This document shows positions 1-8,464 of a stretch of 64,000 nucleotides of DNA, piece by piece (position 1 is the first letter of the stretch; each line of letters begins with the position of its first letter). This DNA comes from an uncultured Acidobacteriota bacterium. Its GTDB lineage: Bacteria; Acidobacteriota; Thermoanaerobaculia; Multivoradales; DATKCC01. The notes beneath the pieces were generated by a model that worked only from the letters and a program-made list of their open reading frames with translations, searched no databases and had not been told where the DNA came from. The stretch covers positions 79,328 through 143,327 of the forward strand of contig CAVUBL010000004.1 in the NCBI GenBank assembly GCA_963739795.1, given 5' to 3'. The translations under genes were made by a program, and so were the position numbers.

Positions 1-69
1 GTCCTGGGAGCCATCGAAGTCCTGGGCCGGCCCCGGAAGTTCGAGCTGCCGAAGTCGGTCGTGGTGTGA
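1..69 (+). CDS. cas2: Probable 3' end of CRISPR-associated endoribonuclease Cas2 (partial, runs off the window start)
   Basis: Frame 1 reads VLGAIEVLGRPRKFELPKSVVV*, resembling Cas2 C-termini (IExLG...VVV). It lies directly upstream of a CRISPR leader. Only 22 aa are visible. Confidence 0.6.
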   Translation, partial: VLGAIEVLGRPRKFELPKSVVV

Positions 70-290
70 GAGTCGGTATCATGAGGAGCATGACCAGGGT
101 GCGCACACGCCGCTGCGAGAGGTCCGGTGCCGCCGTTCCCGCCGGGGAGCGCTCGCGCCGGCTCTCCCCCGTAGCGAAGGGATCTTTGACAACGGAAGGA
201 CCGATGGCGGCCGGTTGGCAAGCCCGAACCACAGCACCGCTCGCAACCGCGCCCGGAAGCGCCCGCCTGGCGGGCCTCCGGGCGCGGAGT
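70..290 (+). promoter_or_regulatory. CRISPR leader
   Basis: 221-nt non-coding stretch between the cas2-like stop and the first exact repeat, containing GCGAG/CGCTCGC motifs and TCTTTGACAAC. The degenerate repeat is at the opposite end of the array. Confidence 0.75.
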
Positions 291-3094
291 GTTTCCACGT
301 CCACCAAGACGTGGCCCCATTGAAGCCGGTCGAGCGCCGATGCAGCGATCCGAGCTGCCAGCGAGCGTTTCCACGTCCACCAAGACGTGGCCCCATTGAA
401 GCGCGCCGCAGCCGGCTCGCGCCGGCTCCGGCGCCGCAGTTTCCACGTCCACCAAGACGTGGCCCCATTGAAGCGCGAGCTGCGCGGCTCGAGCGTCGAC
501 GCGACTCGCGTCGGTTTCCACGTCCACCAAGACGTGGCCCCATTGAAGCGCGGCGCCGAGCTCGCTCGCGCCGATCCGGCGACGCGGTTTCCACGTCCAC
601 CAAGACGTGGCCCCATTGAAGCGTCGACCGCGGATCGGCCGAGCTCGCAGCGTCGACGCCGTTTCCACGTCCACCAAGACGTGGCCCCATTGAAGCGTGG
701 CCGGCCGAGCTGACCGAGCACGCGCTCGCCGAGCGTTTCCACGTCCACCAAGACGTGGCCCCATTGAAGCGCGACTGCGAGCTCGCACGACGCCGCTCGA
801 CGCTCGCGTTTCCACGTCCACCAAGACGTGGCCCCATTGAAGCGCCGGTCGACGCTCGCACGTCGAGCGCTCGTGCGCCCGCGTTTCCACGTCCACCAAG
901 ACGTGGCCCCATTGAAGCCGGACCGCGACCGTGGCGACGCGCTCGAGCGCCGGTCGTTTCCACGTCCACCAAGACGTGGCCCCATTGAAGCCGAGCCGGC
1001 GTGGCAACGCGCTCGAGCTGCGACCTGCGGTTTCCACGTCCACCAAGACGTGGCCCCATTGAAGCGATTACCTGCAGCTCCTCGCGCGACCCCACCCGGG
1101 GTTTCCACGTCCACCAAGACGTGGCCCCATTGAAGCGAAGCGTCCGTCCCGCGGGTCGGTCACGATCAGTACGTTTCCACGTCCACCAAGACGTGGCCCC
1201 ATTGAAGCGTCTCGACGACGTGCGGGCAGGGCTCAGTAGCCATAGTCGTTTCCACGTCCACCAAGACGTGGCCCCATTGAAGCCGAGCTTGACGTGCTTT
1301 GGCCGCGTCTCCGCTCGTCGTTTCCACGTCCACCAAGACGTGGCCCCATTGAAGCCTAGTGTCTCCGCCGCTCCCGATCGTCAGTGCCCCGGTTTCCACG
1401 TCCACCAAGACGTGGCCCCATTGAAGCTGGACCTCGGCGGGCAGCTTCTCCAGCAAGTCGAAGTTTCCACGTCCACCAAGACGTGGCCCCATTGAAGCCG
1501 GGTCAGCGATCTTCCCCTGCCCGACAAGCTCGTCGTTTCCACGTCCACCAAGACGTGGCCCCATTGAAGCTCGAACCTCTCGGAGGTGACGCGGCACCGC
1601 AAAGAGCGTTTCCACGTCCACCAAGACGTGGCCCCATTGAAGCACGCAGGCGGACCTCGACGCGGCGTTCCCAGAGTCGTTTCCACGTCCACCAAGACGT
1701 GGCCCCATTGAAGCCAGCGCCACCTCTTGAGGCTCGCGCAAGCTCCCATCTCGTTTCCACGTCCACCAAGACGTGGCCCCATTGAAGCGCCGAGGGACTG
1801 CGAAAGGCGAGGGCGAACACGATCGTTTCCACGTCCACCAAGACGTGGCCCCATTGAAGCTCGTGCTCGACGAAGTACCTGGCGGCGTTCACCGGGGGTT
1901 TCCACGTCCACCAAGACGTGGCCCCATTGAAGCACCTGCACGCGCGACGCGGACCACGATCCACCGCATGTTTCCACGTCCACCAAGACGTGGCCCCATT
2001 GAAGCGGAGTCGGCGGAGCATCATCGGGGGCGGGTCGAGGCCGTTTCCACGTCCACCAAGACGTGGCCCCATTGAAGCGGGGAAGCTCAGCCGGAGCAGA
2101 AGTCGAAGATTGCGTTTCCACGTCCACCAAGACGTGGCCCCATTGAAGCGACGCCTTGCTCGAGGCGGCGGAGCGGTCCGGCGATGTTTCCACGTCCACC
2201 AAGACGTGGCCCCATTGAAGCCACCCGGGTAAAGACCCGCATCCCCAGCCGGACCGCCGTTTCCACGTCCACCAAGACGTGGCCCCATTGAAGCGTCCCC
2301 TCGGGGGTCGAGGGGCCGACTCGGGTTCCGGTTTCCACGTCCACCAAGACGTGGCCCCATTGAAGCAGATCATGAGCCCCGCGGCCTCGCCCCTCCTGTC
2401 GGTGTTTCCACGTCCACCAAGACGTGGCCCCATTGAAGCCGCCGTAGCGGGGCCTCGGCACTCACCATCGACGACGTTTCCACGTCCACCAAGACGTGGC
2501 CCCATTGAAGCTGCGAAGACTGCGCAGAGGCATGGCTCGCCGTGCTCGTTTCCACGTCCACCAAGACGTGGCCCCATTGAAGCTGGACGGTCTGCTTCTC
2601 CCACCCGCTGTACCAGCAGGTTTCCACGTCCACCAAGACGTGGCCCCATTGAAGCGTGGCCATGCGGGTCGCCTGGTCCTTGATGGCGTCCCGTTTCCAC
2701 GTCCACCAAGACGTGGCCCCATTGAAGCCGTAGACTGGAGCGTGTGGTCAAGGTGGGATAGTGCGTTTCCACGTCCACCAAGACGTGGCCCCATTGAAGC
2801 CTGGTGCCGGCGGAGCCGCCGGCGCGCAGATCGCCCGAGCGAGTTTCCACGTCCACCAAGACGTGGCCCCATTGAAGCAATGCCGCGTAGTCCAGGTGCA
2901 GGGGCTTCGATCCACGTTTCCACGTCCACCAAGACGTGGCCCCATTGAAGCATGGGCCGCCGCGCCTCGGTCTTCCGTCCGTCCAGGAGTTTCCACGTCC
3001 ACCAAGACGTGGCCCCATTGAAGCATTGACAACAACGCGGGTGCGGAGCTGCCGGGCGAGTTCCCACGTCCCCCAGACGTGGCCCCATTGCTGC
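291..3094 (+). CRISPR. CRISPR array, 36-nt repeat GTTTCCACGTCCACCAAGACGTGGCCCCATTGAAGC, 38 exact repeats plus 1 degenerate terminal repeat, 38 spacers of 35-42 nt; type I-G (I-U)-like repeat
   Basis: Exact repeats start at 291, 367, 439 ... 2916 and 2989. The degenerate copy GTTCCCACGTCCCCCAGACGTGGCCCCATTGCTGC is at 3060-3094. The repeat has a 7-bp stem CCACGTC/GACGTGG and ends in ATTGAAGC. The subtype is inferred from the repeat only. Confidence 0.98.
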
Positions 3095-3277
3095 GGGGAA
3101 CTCCGCGCTGGCGAGCCGTGGCACGGCTCGCTCGCTCCTCCCCGTCACGCCGGGCTCGGTGCCTCGTCACTCGCGGGCGGTCTCCCGCCCCTGTCTCGTT
3201 CTGTGAAACCTCTGCACATTAGTAAGTGTCCTAAGACTAAGACGTCTGATCACACCAAACCGCAGAGGAGAGACAGC

Positions 3278-5221
3278 ATGAGACGCAACCCTTCCACCCA
3301 CCGCCTTCTGATCGCCGCCCTGACGATCGGCGCCGCGGCCCTTCTGGTCGCCTTGCCCGCGAGCGCGACTTCGTCGGAGGGCTCCGTGCCCTCCAACCTC
3401 GAGACCCAGGCCCTGTCCATCGCGGCGGGGCAGGCGGGGGTCCCGGAGTCGGAGCTGACGATCGCGGCCGACTCGCCGGTGGTCTTCCCCGAGCAGGGGA
3501 TCACGGTCTACGACTTCAAGATCGTGGACGAGGCCGGCTCGGCGATGTACCAGGTGACCCTCGACGACTCCGGCGTCCAGCAGGACCTGGAGTCGCTGGC
3601 GACGGCGGAGGGCGACCTCTCCCGGGCGCGTTACGGCGCCCTGGACAAGGACTTCTTCGCCCGCCTCCAGGCGGCGCCGCCGGACCAGGTCTTCCCGGTC
3701 GACGTGTGGGTGGGCGAGCCCTTCCTCGATCCCGCGGTCCAGCGGCCGGACCCCGAGACGAACCCGTCCGAGGCCGAGGTCGACAACGCCGCGGCCAACA
3801 ACGACGCCGCCCAGCTCAGTACCGTGCAGAATGCCGTAGCGCCGGTCGTGAGTCAGCTCAAGGCGGACGGTTACACGGCCGTGAGCGACGACTCGGCGCC
3901 GATCGTGTCCACCCAGGTTCCCGCCCAGTACCTGCTCACCAACCTGTCCCGGTGGGCCGAGGTCCTGCAGATCGAGGACGACAGCCAGACCCTCGAGCCG
4001 AACCTGGAGATCCAGCTCCCGGCCTGCCAGACGAACGTCGTCCACAACCAGGGCATCACCGGGTCCGGCGTCCCCGTCGCCGAGGTCGAAGTCGGCGGGC
4101 GCATCAACACGAGCAATCCGTACCTGGCCGGCGTGACCCAAACGTACGGCTATAGCTGTGTCTCCTCCCATTCGGCGGCCGTCGCCGGCATCATCCGCAG
4201 CACCAACACGGCGCGGCTCGGCCACGCCTACAACAGCAACCTGTGGATCGGCGGCACCTGCGGCGGCGTCGTGAGCCAGGTCCTGACCGAGTCCACCAAT
4301 GCCCGCAACTGGGGGGCGCGCACCTTCAACCTCAGCTTCGGCGGCAACTTCGGTGGCGTGCCTTCGACCCTCGACCGCTACTACGACTCCCTGGTGCAGA
4401 CCTACTGGCGAACGGTGGTTCCGGCGGCCGGCAACGCGGGGATCTACGGCTTCGTGGACAGCCCGGGAACGGCCTACAACGTGGTGACGGTGGGCAGCTA
4501 CGACGACCAGAACACCACCTACTGGCCCGACGACGTCATGGCGAGCTACTCGAGCACCGTCAACCCGCTTTCCAACCACGGCGACCGGATCAAGCCGGAG
4601 GTGGCGGCGCCGGGCTCGAACATCAACAGCACCACCAACGCCTCGCCGTGGACCGGCGCGGTGGGCAGCGGCACGAGCTACGCGGCTCCGGCGGTGACCG
4701 GCATCACGGCCCTCCTCATGCAGCGCAACTACTCCCTCCGGGTGTGGCCGGAGGCGGTCAAGGCGATCCTCATGGCGAGCGCCGAGCACAACATCGAGGG
4801 GGCCACGCGGCTCAGCAACCGGGACGGCGCCGGCGGCGTGGTGGCGGACCGGGCGGACCGGGTCGCGCGCAAGGTGGCGAACGTCGGGAGCTGGCAGGGT
4901 CTCTACTACACCTGCTCCAACCCGTCCCTCCAGACTCTCACCACCGTCAACCTGGTGGCGGGCCAGCGGATCCGCTTCGCCATGATCTGGGACACGAACC
5001 CCAACTACTCCCTCTACACCTCGCGTCCGGGCGCCGACCTGGACCTCTGGGCGAGGACTCCGGGCGGCGGCTACGCGGCGTTCTCGACGAGTTGGGACAA
5101 CACCTACGAGATCGTGGACTTCACGGCCTCGGCGTCGGGGACGTACACCTTCCAGGCGTACAAGTACCGCTGTAACAGCAGCCCCTACTGGCTCGGCTGG
5201 GCCTGGCACATCGTGCCGTAG
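3278..5221 (+). CDS. Secreted S8 (subtilisin-like) serine peptidase
   Basis: GAGGAG RBS before ATG 3278; signal peptide; motifs SSHSAAVAGII, AAGN, KPEVAAPG, GSGTSYAAPAVTG; C-terminal beta-sandwich (DLDLW). Confidence 0.9.
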   Translation: MRRNPSTHRLLIAALTIGAAALLVALPASATSSEGSVPSNLETQALSIAAGQAGVPESELTIAADSPVVFPEQGITVYDFKIVDEAGSAMYQVTLDDSGVQQDLESLATAEGDLSRARYGALDKDFFARLQAAPPDQVFPVDVWVGEPFLDPAVQRPDPETNPSEAEVDNAAANNDAAQLSTVQNAVAPVVSQLKADGYTAVSDDSAPIVSTQVPAQYLLTNLSRWAEVLQIEDDSQTLEPNLEIQLPACQTNVVHNQGITGSGVPVAEVEVGGRINTSNPYLAGVTQTYGYSCVSSHSAAVAGIIRSTNTARLGHAYNSNLWIGGTCGGVVSQVLTESTNARNWGARTFNLSFGGNFGGVPSTLDRYYDSLVQTYWRTVVPAAGNAGIYGFVDSPGTAYNVVTVGSYDDQNTTYWPDDVMASYSSTVNPLSNHGDRIKPEVAAPGSNINSTTNASPWTGAVGSGTSYAAPAVTGITALLMQRNYSLRVWPEAVKAILMASAEHNIEGATRLSNRDGAGGVVADRADRVARKVANVGSWQGLYYTCSNPSLQTLTTVNLVAGQRIRFAMIWDTNPNYSLYTSRPGADLDLWARTPGGGYAAFSTSWDNTYEIVDFTASASGTYTFQAYKYRCNSSPYWLGWAWHIVP

Positions 5222-5243
5222 CGGTAGGACCGATCCCCGTCCT

Positions 5244-5284
5244 CTCCGCGCCGGCCCCGATCCCGATCCGGGGCCGGCGCGGAG
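5244..5284. terminator. GC-rich hairpin between convergent genes
   Basis: CTCCGCGCCGGCCCC ... GGGGCCGGCGCGGAG forms a 15-bp stem just after the peptidase stop. There is no U-tract. Confidence 0.5.
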
Positions 5285-5524
5285 GTCCTCGGGTTCAGGC
5301 GCGACCGGTTGGAGCCGGGCTGCTATGACCCCGCGCATGGATGTGTTTCGAAGGTGACTGTGCCGCAGACTGAGGCCTTGTCCTTGACCGCCTCGCTGGA
5401 GGCACCGGCCCTCCACGAGGTGGTCTTCGACGGCCCGAACGTCTTCGAGGGCTTTGCGCTGAGCTTGCGGGGGACGCCCGTCGAGGCCATCGAGGTGCGT
5501 GCCGGCGACCGGCGCGCTGCCCGC

Positions 5525-6205
5525 TCAGCTCACGCCGGGGGCTTGCTGGCGCTGGGTGGGGTGGCGGACGTCGCGGCCTTCGACGTAGTAGATGACGTCT
5601 TCGGCGATGTTCGTGGCGTGGTCGGCGATGCGCTCGAGGTTGCGGGCGATGAGCAGCAGGTGGAGGGCCCGGGTGACCGTCTGGGGATCCTCGATCATGA
5701 ACGTCAGCAGCTCGCGGAAGAGCTGGCGGTAGAGGGAGTCGACCTCGTCGTCGGCCTGGGTGACAGCGGTCGCCTGCGCCGAGTCGCGGCGCACGAAGGC
5801 GTCCAGGCTCTCGCGCACCATGCGCACCACCAGCTCCGACATCCGCGGCAGGTCGATGTAGGGCTTGAGGGGTGGCTCCTGGTTGAGCCGCTCGATCGAC
5901 TGGCAGATGTTGACCGCCGAATCCCCGATCCGCTCGAGGTCGGTGACGATCTTCATGACCGCGATCAAGAAACGCAGGTCGCCGGCCGCCGGCTGGTGAC
6001 GGACCATGATGCTGTAGCAGGCCTCGTCGATCTCCAGCTCGAGGCGGTCGATCTCCGTGTCCTCGTCGACCACCTCGCTGCACAGCGTCTGGGCCCGCGT
6101 GGTCAGGGCGTCGTTCGCCTTGCCGATCATCTCTTCGACCCGGCCGCCCATGGCCAGCAAGCGCTGGCGGACCCGGTCGAGCTCGTGTTCGAAATGCCGT
6201 TCCAT
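5525..6205 (-). CDS. phoU: Phosphate signalling/transport regulator PhoU
   Basis: MERHFEHEL...; QPAAGDLR, DLERIGD, RNLERIADHATNIAEDVIY motifs. Confidence 0.95.
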   Translation of the reverse strand: MERHFEHELDRVRQRLLAMGGRVEEMIGKANDALTTRAQTLCSEVVDEDTEIDRLELEIDEACYSIMVRHQPAAGDLRFLIAVMKIVTDLERIGDSAVNICQSIERLNQEPPLKPYIDLPRMSELVVRMVRESLDAFVRRDSAQATAVTQADDEVDSLYRQLFRELLTFMIEDPQTVTRALHLLLIARNLERIADHATNIAEDVIYYVEGRDVRHPTQRQQAPGVS

Positions 6206-6240
6206 GCGCTCTCCCAAGGGTGAGACTATCACCGCCCCGA

Positions 6241-6296
6241 AGGGTAGAAATCGCCGATGACGCGCCGGCGGCGCGGCCGTGACAGCGGTGCGACAA
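6241..6296 (-). promoter_or_regulatory. Pho-box-like promoter of phoU
   Basis: Minus strand TTGTCGC-N4-CTGTCAC (6296-6279) and GCGTCAT (6263-6257) are in 11-bp register. TACCCT (-10-like) follows 10 bp later. Confidence 0.55.
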
Positions 6297-6383
6297 CCGC
6301 TCACGCCGCCGTGGTAATGTAGCGCCGCTTCCCCCCTGGAGCGATTTTGGCGCGCCGACGCCCGACCCGCGTTCGACCCCGTC

Positions 6384-7679
6384 ATGGCGACTCCGTCCTC
6401 GGCTCCGTCCTTCCCACACTCGCGCGGGCTCGTCCGCGCCCTGGGCGCTGTCCTCTTCCTCGCCGCCCTGCTGTACGCGTTCTTCCTGGGCCTCGATCTC
6501 ATGGGCGTGGCCTTCAAGCTGTTCGGGAAGGACTTCGCGCGCATGCTCATCGAGCGCACGGCGAACCCGTTCGTCGGCCTGCTCGTGGGGATCGTGGCCA
6601 CCAGCGTCATCCAGAGCTCCTCGACCACCACCTCCATGACCGTCGGCCTGGTGGCCGCCGGGGCCCTGACCATCGACGGCGCCATCCCCATCATCATGGG
6701 CGCCAACATCGGCACCTCGGTCACCAACACCCTGGTCTCGCTGGCCCACGTGACCCGGCGCGAGGAGTTCCGGAGGGCCTTCGCCGGGGCCACGATCCAC
6801 GACTTCTTCAACCTGATGACGGTGGCGATCCTGTTCCCCCTGGAGCTCGCCTTTCACGTCCTGCGCCACGCGGCGAACGGCTTCGAGGCGGTGCTCGAGG
6901 GCAGCGGCGGCATCGAGCTCTTCGACCCCTTGAAGGCGATCGTGCGACCCTGCTCTCTGTGGATCAGCCACGCCCTCGGCTCGAGCGGCGGCCTGACCCT
7001 GGTGGTGGGCGTCGGCCTCCTGTTCGGGGCCCTCAAGCTCCTGGTCGACCTGCTCAGGTCCCTGGTTTCGGCCCGCGCCGAGCGCATCCTCGACCGCACG
7101 CTCTTCCGCTCCGCCCTGGCCGCCATCGGGGCGGGCACCCTGATCACCGTCATGGTGCAGTCGAGCTCCATCACCACCTCGGTCATGGTGCCCCTGGTGG
7201 GTGCCGGCGTGGTGACCCTCGAACAGCTCTTCCCCTTCACCATCGGGGCCAACCTGGGCACCACGGTGACCGCCCTGCTCGCGGCTCTCTCCACCGGAGC
7301 CCCGGCGGCCCTGAGCGTCGCCCTCTCCCATCTGCTGTTCAACCTGATGGGAGCCCTCATCATCTACCCCTTCCCGCCCATCCGGGCGATTCCGCTGGCG
7401 CTCGCGAGGGGGCTGGGCGCGGTCGCCAGCCGCAACCGGGCGGCGGCGATCGGGTACATCGCCCTGGTCTTCTACGGCCTGCCCATCGCCCTCCTCTTCG
7501 TCTCCGGGGCCTTCCACGGCGAAGCGCCCGCCGCGCCGGCGCCAGCGCCGGTCGAGGCCCCGGCGCCGCGGGCCGCACCGCGGCCTCCGTCCGCGCCCCG
7601 GACCGAGCTGCGGCGGCGCCCGTGGGAAGAGCCCCCGCCCGGCGGGCGGTTAGACGAACTGGAGGTTCACGATGCTTAG
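6384..7679 (+). CDS. Na+/phosphate cotransporter (NptA/NaPi-II family)
   Basis: Two repeats of the signature: QSSSTTTS/GANIGTSVT and QSSSITTS/GANLGTTVT; multiple TM helices. Confidence 0.93.
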   Translation: MATPSSAPSFPHSRGLVRALGAVLFLAALLYAFFLGLDLMGVAFKLFGKDFARMLIERTANPFVGLLVGIVATSVIQSSSTTTSMTVGLVAAGALTIDGAIPIIMGANIGTSVTNTLVSLAHVTRREEFRRAFAGATIHDFFNLMTVAILFPLELAFHVLRHAANGFEAVLEGSGGIELFDPLKAIVRPCSLWISHALGSSGGLTLVVGVGLLFGALKLLVDLLRSLVSARAERILDRTLFRSALAAIGAGTLITVMVQSSSITTSVMVPLVGAGVVTLEQLFPFTIGANLGTTVTALLAALSTGAPAALSVALSHLLFNLMGALIIYPFPPIRAIPLALARGLGAVASRNRAAAIGYIALVFYGLPIALLFVSGAFHGEAPAAPAPAPVEAPAPRAAPRPPSAPRTELRRRPWEEPPPGGRLDELEVHDA

Positions 7680-8325
7680 GGAGATCTTCGGTGGCGGCCA
7701 GCGCTCGCCCCTGATCGAGGCGGCGTTCGAGGATATTTCGGCGATGCTCCGGCAGTCGGCCAAGATGCTCGACCTGGCCCTCTCGGCCCTGCTCGACAAT
7801 CAGCCCCTCGACGCCGACCTCGACGAGCTCGACGACCCGGTCGACGAAGGCGAGCGGATGGTGCGCCGCAGCGTGCTCGAGCATCTCTCCTTCAACCCGA
7901 AGCAGGACCTGGTGGCGAGCCTGGTGCTGGTCTCCATGGTGCAGGACGCCGAGCGCATCGGGGATTTCGCCCGCGGTATCGGGGAGCTGGTGCCGCTGGC
8001 CAAGAGCCGCCGCGAGGGGCCGTTCGCCGATCGTCTCCGGGCTTGCGCCGAGAGGCTCCGGCCCCTGTTCGGGACCGCCGAGAGGGCGTTCCGGGAGGAC
8101 GATCCAGAGCTCGCGCGCACCGTCATGACCCGGACGGCCGAGCTCAAGCGCGAGCTCCAGAGGTTCACCGCCGACGTCACCGACAGCGACCTGACGGCCG
8201 ACATGGCGGTGGTCTACGCCAACGCCGCCCGCATCCTGCGGCGCATCGGCTCCCACCTCTCGAACATCGCCTCGTCGGTGGCGCAGCCGTATGACCGCAT
8301 CCGCCACGGCGACGAAGACGCCTGA
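7672..8325 (+). CDS. PhoU-domain protein associated with the Na/Pi transporter
   Basis: Helical protein with QDAERIGD and RRIGSHLSNIA PhoU-like motifs; overlaps the upstream stop. Confidence 0.8.
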   Translation: MLREIFGGGQRSPLIEAAFEDISAMLRQSAKMLDLALSALLDNQPLDADLDELDDPVDEGERMVRRSVLEHLSFNPKQDLVASLVLVSMVQDAERIGDFARGIGELVPLAKSRREGPFADRLRACAERLRPLFGTAERAFREDDPELARTVMTRTAELKRELQRFTADVTDSDLTADMAVVYANAARILRRIGSHLSNIASSVAQPYDRIRHGDEDA

Positions 8326-8464
8326 ACCGTGAGCCACCGAATCTCCGGCCGTCCTTGCTCGTCAGTTGCTCAACGGACGCACCCAGTCCGCCTCGCTCGT
8401 TCCTCGCTTGCGGGTGGCCCGATCTTCGGCACCTCACGGCCCAGGTGCCTCCGAGCTTCGGTCG

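Noticed and set aside
327-3059. Self-targeting spacers
   Set aside because: No full-length match was noticed by eye within the window. The 14-nt overlap of spacer 2 with the leader (GCTCGCGCCGGCTC) is short and low-complexity. A proper alignment was not run.
79-3170. Many long ORFs across the CRISPR array (e.g. 545 aa at 1381-3018)
   Set aside because: They are translations of the 36-nt repeat (ASMGPRLGGRGN, LQWGHVLVDVET), not genes.
2936-5221. 761-aa ORF starting inside the array, and the idea of a CRISPR-associated protease
   Set aside because: The real start is ATG 3278, with an RBS and signal peptide. A secreted subtilase at the trailer end shows no sign of a functional link to the Cas system.
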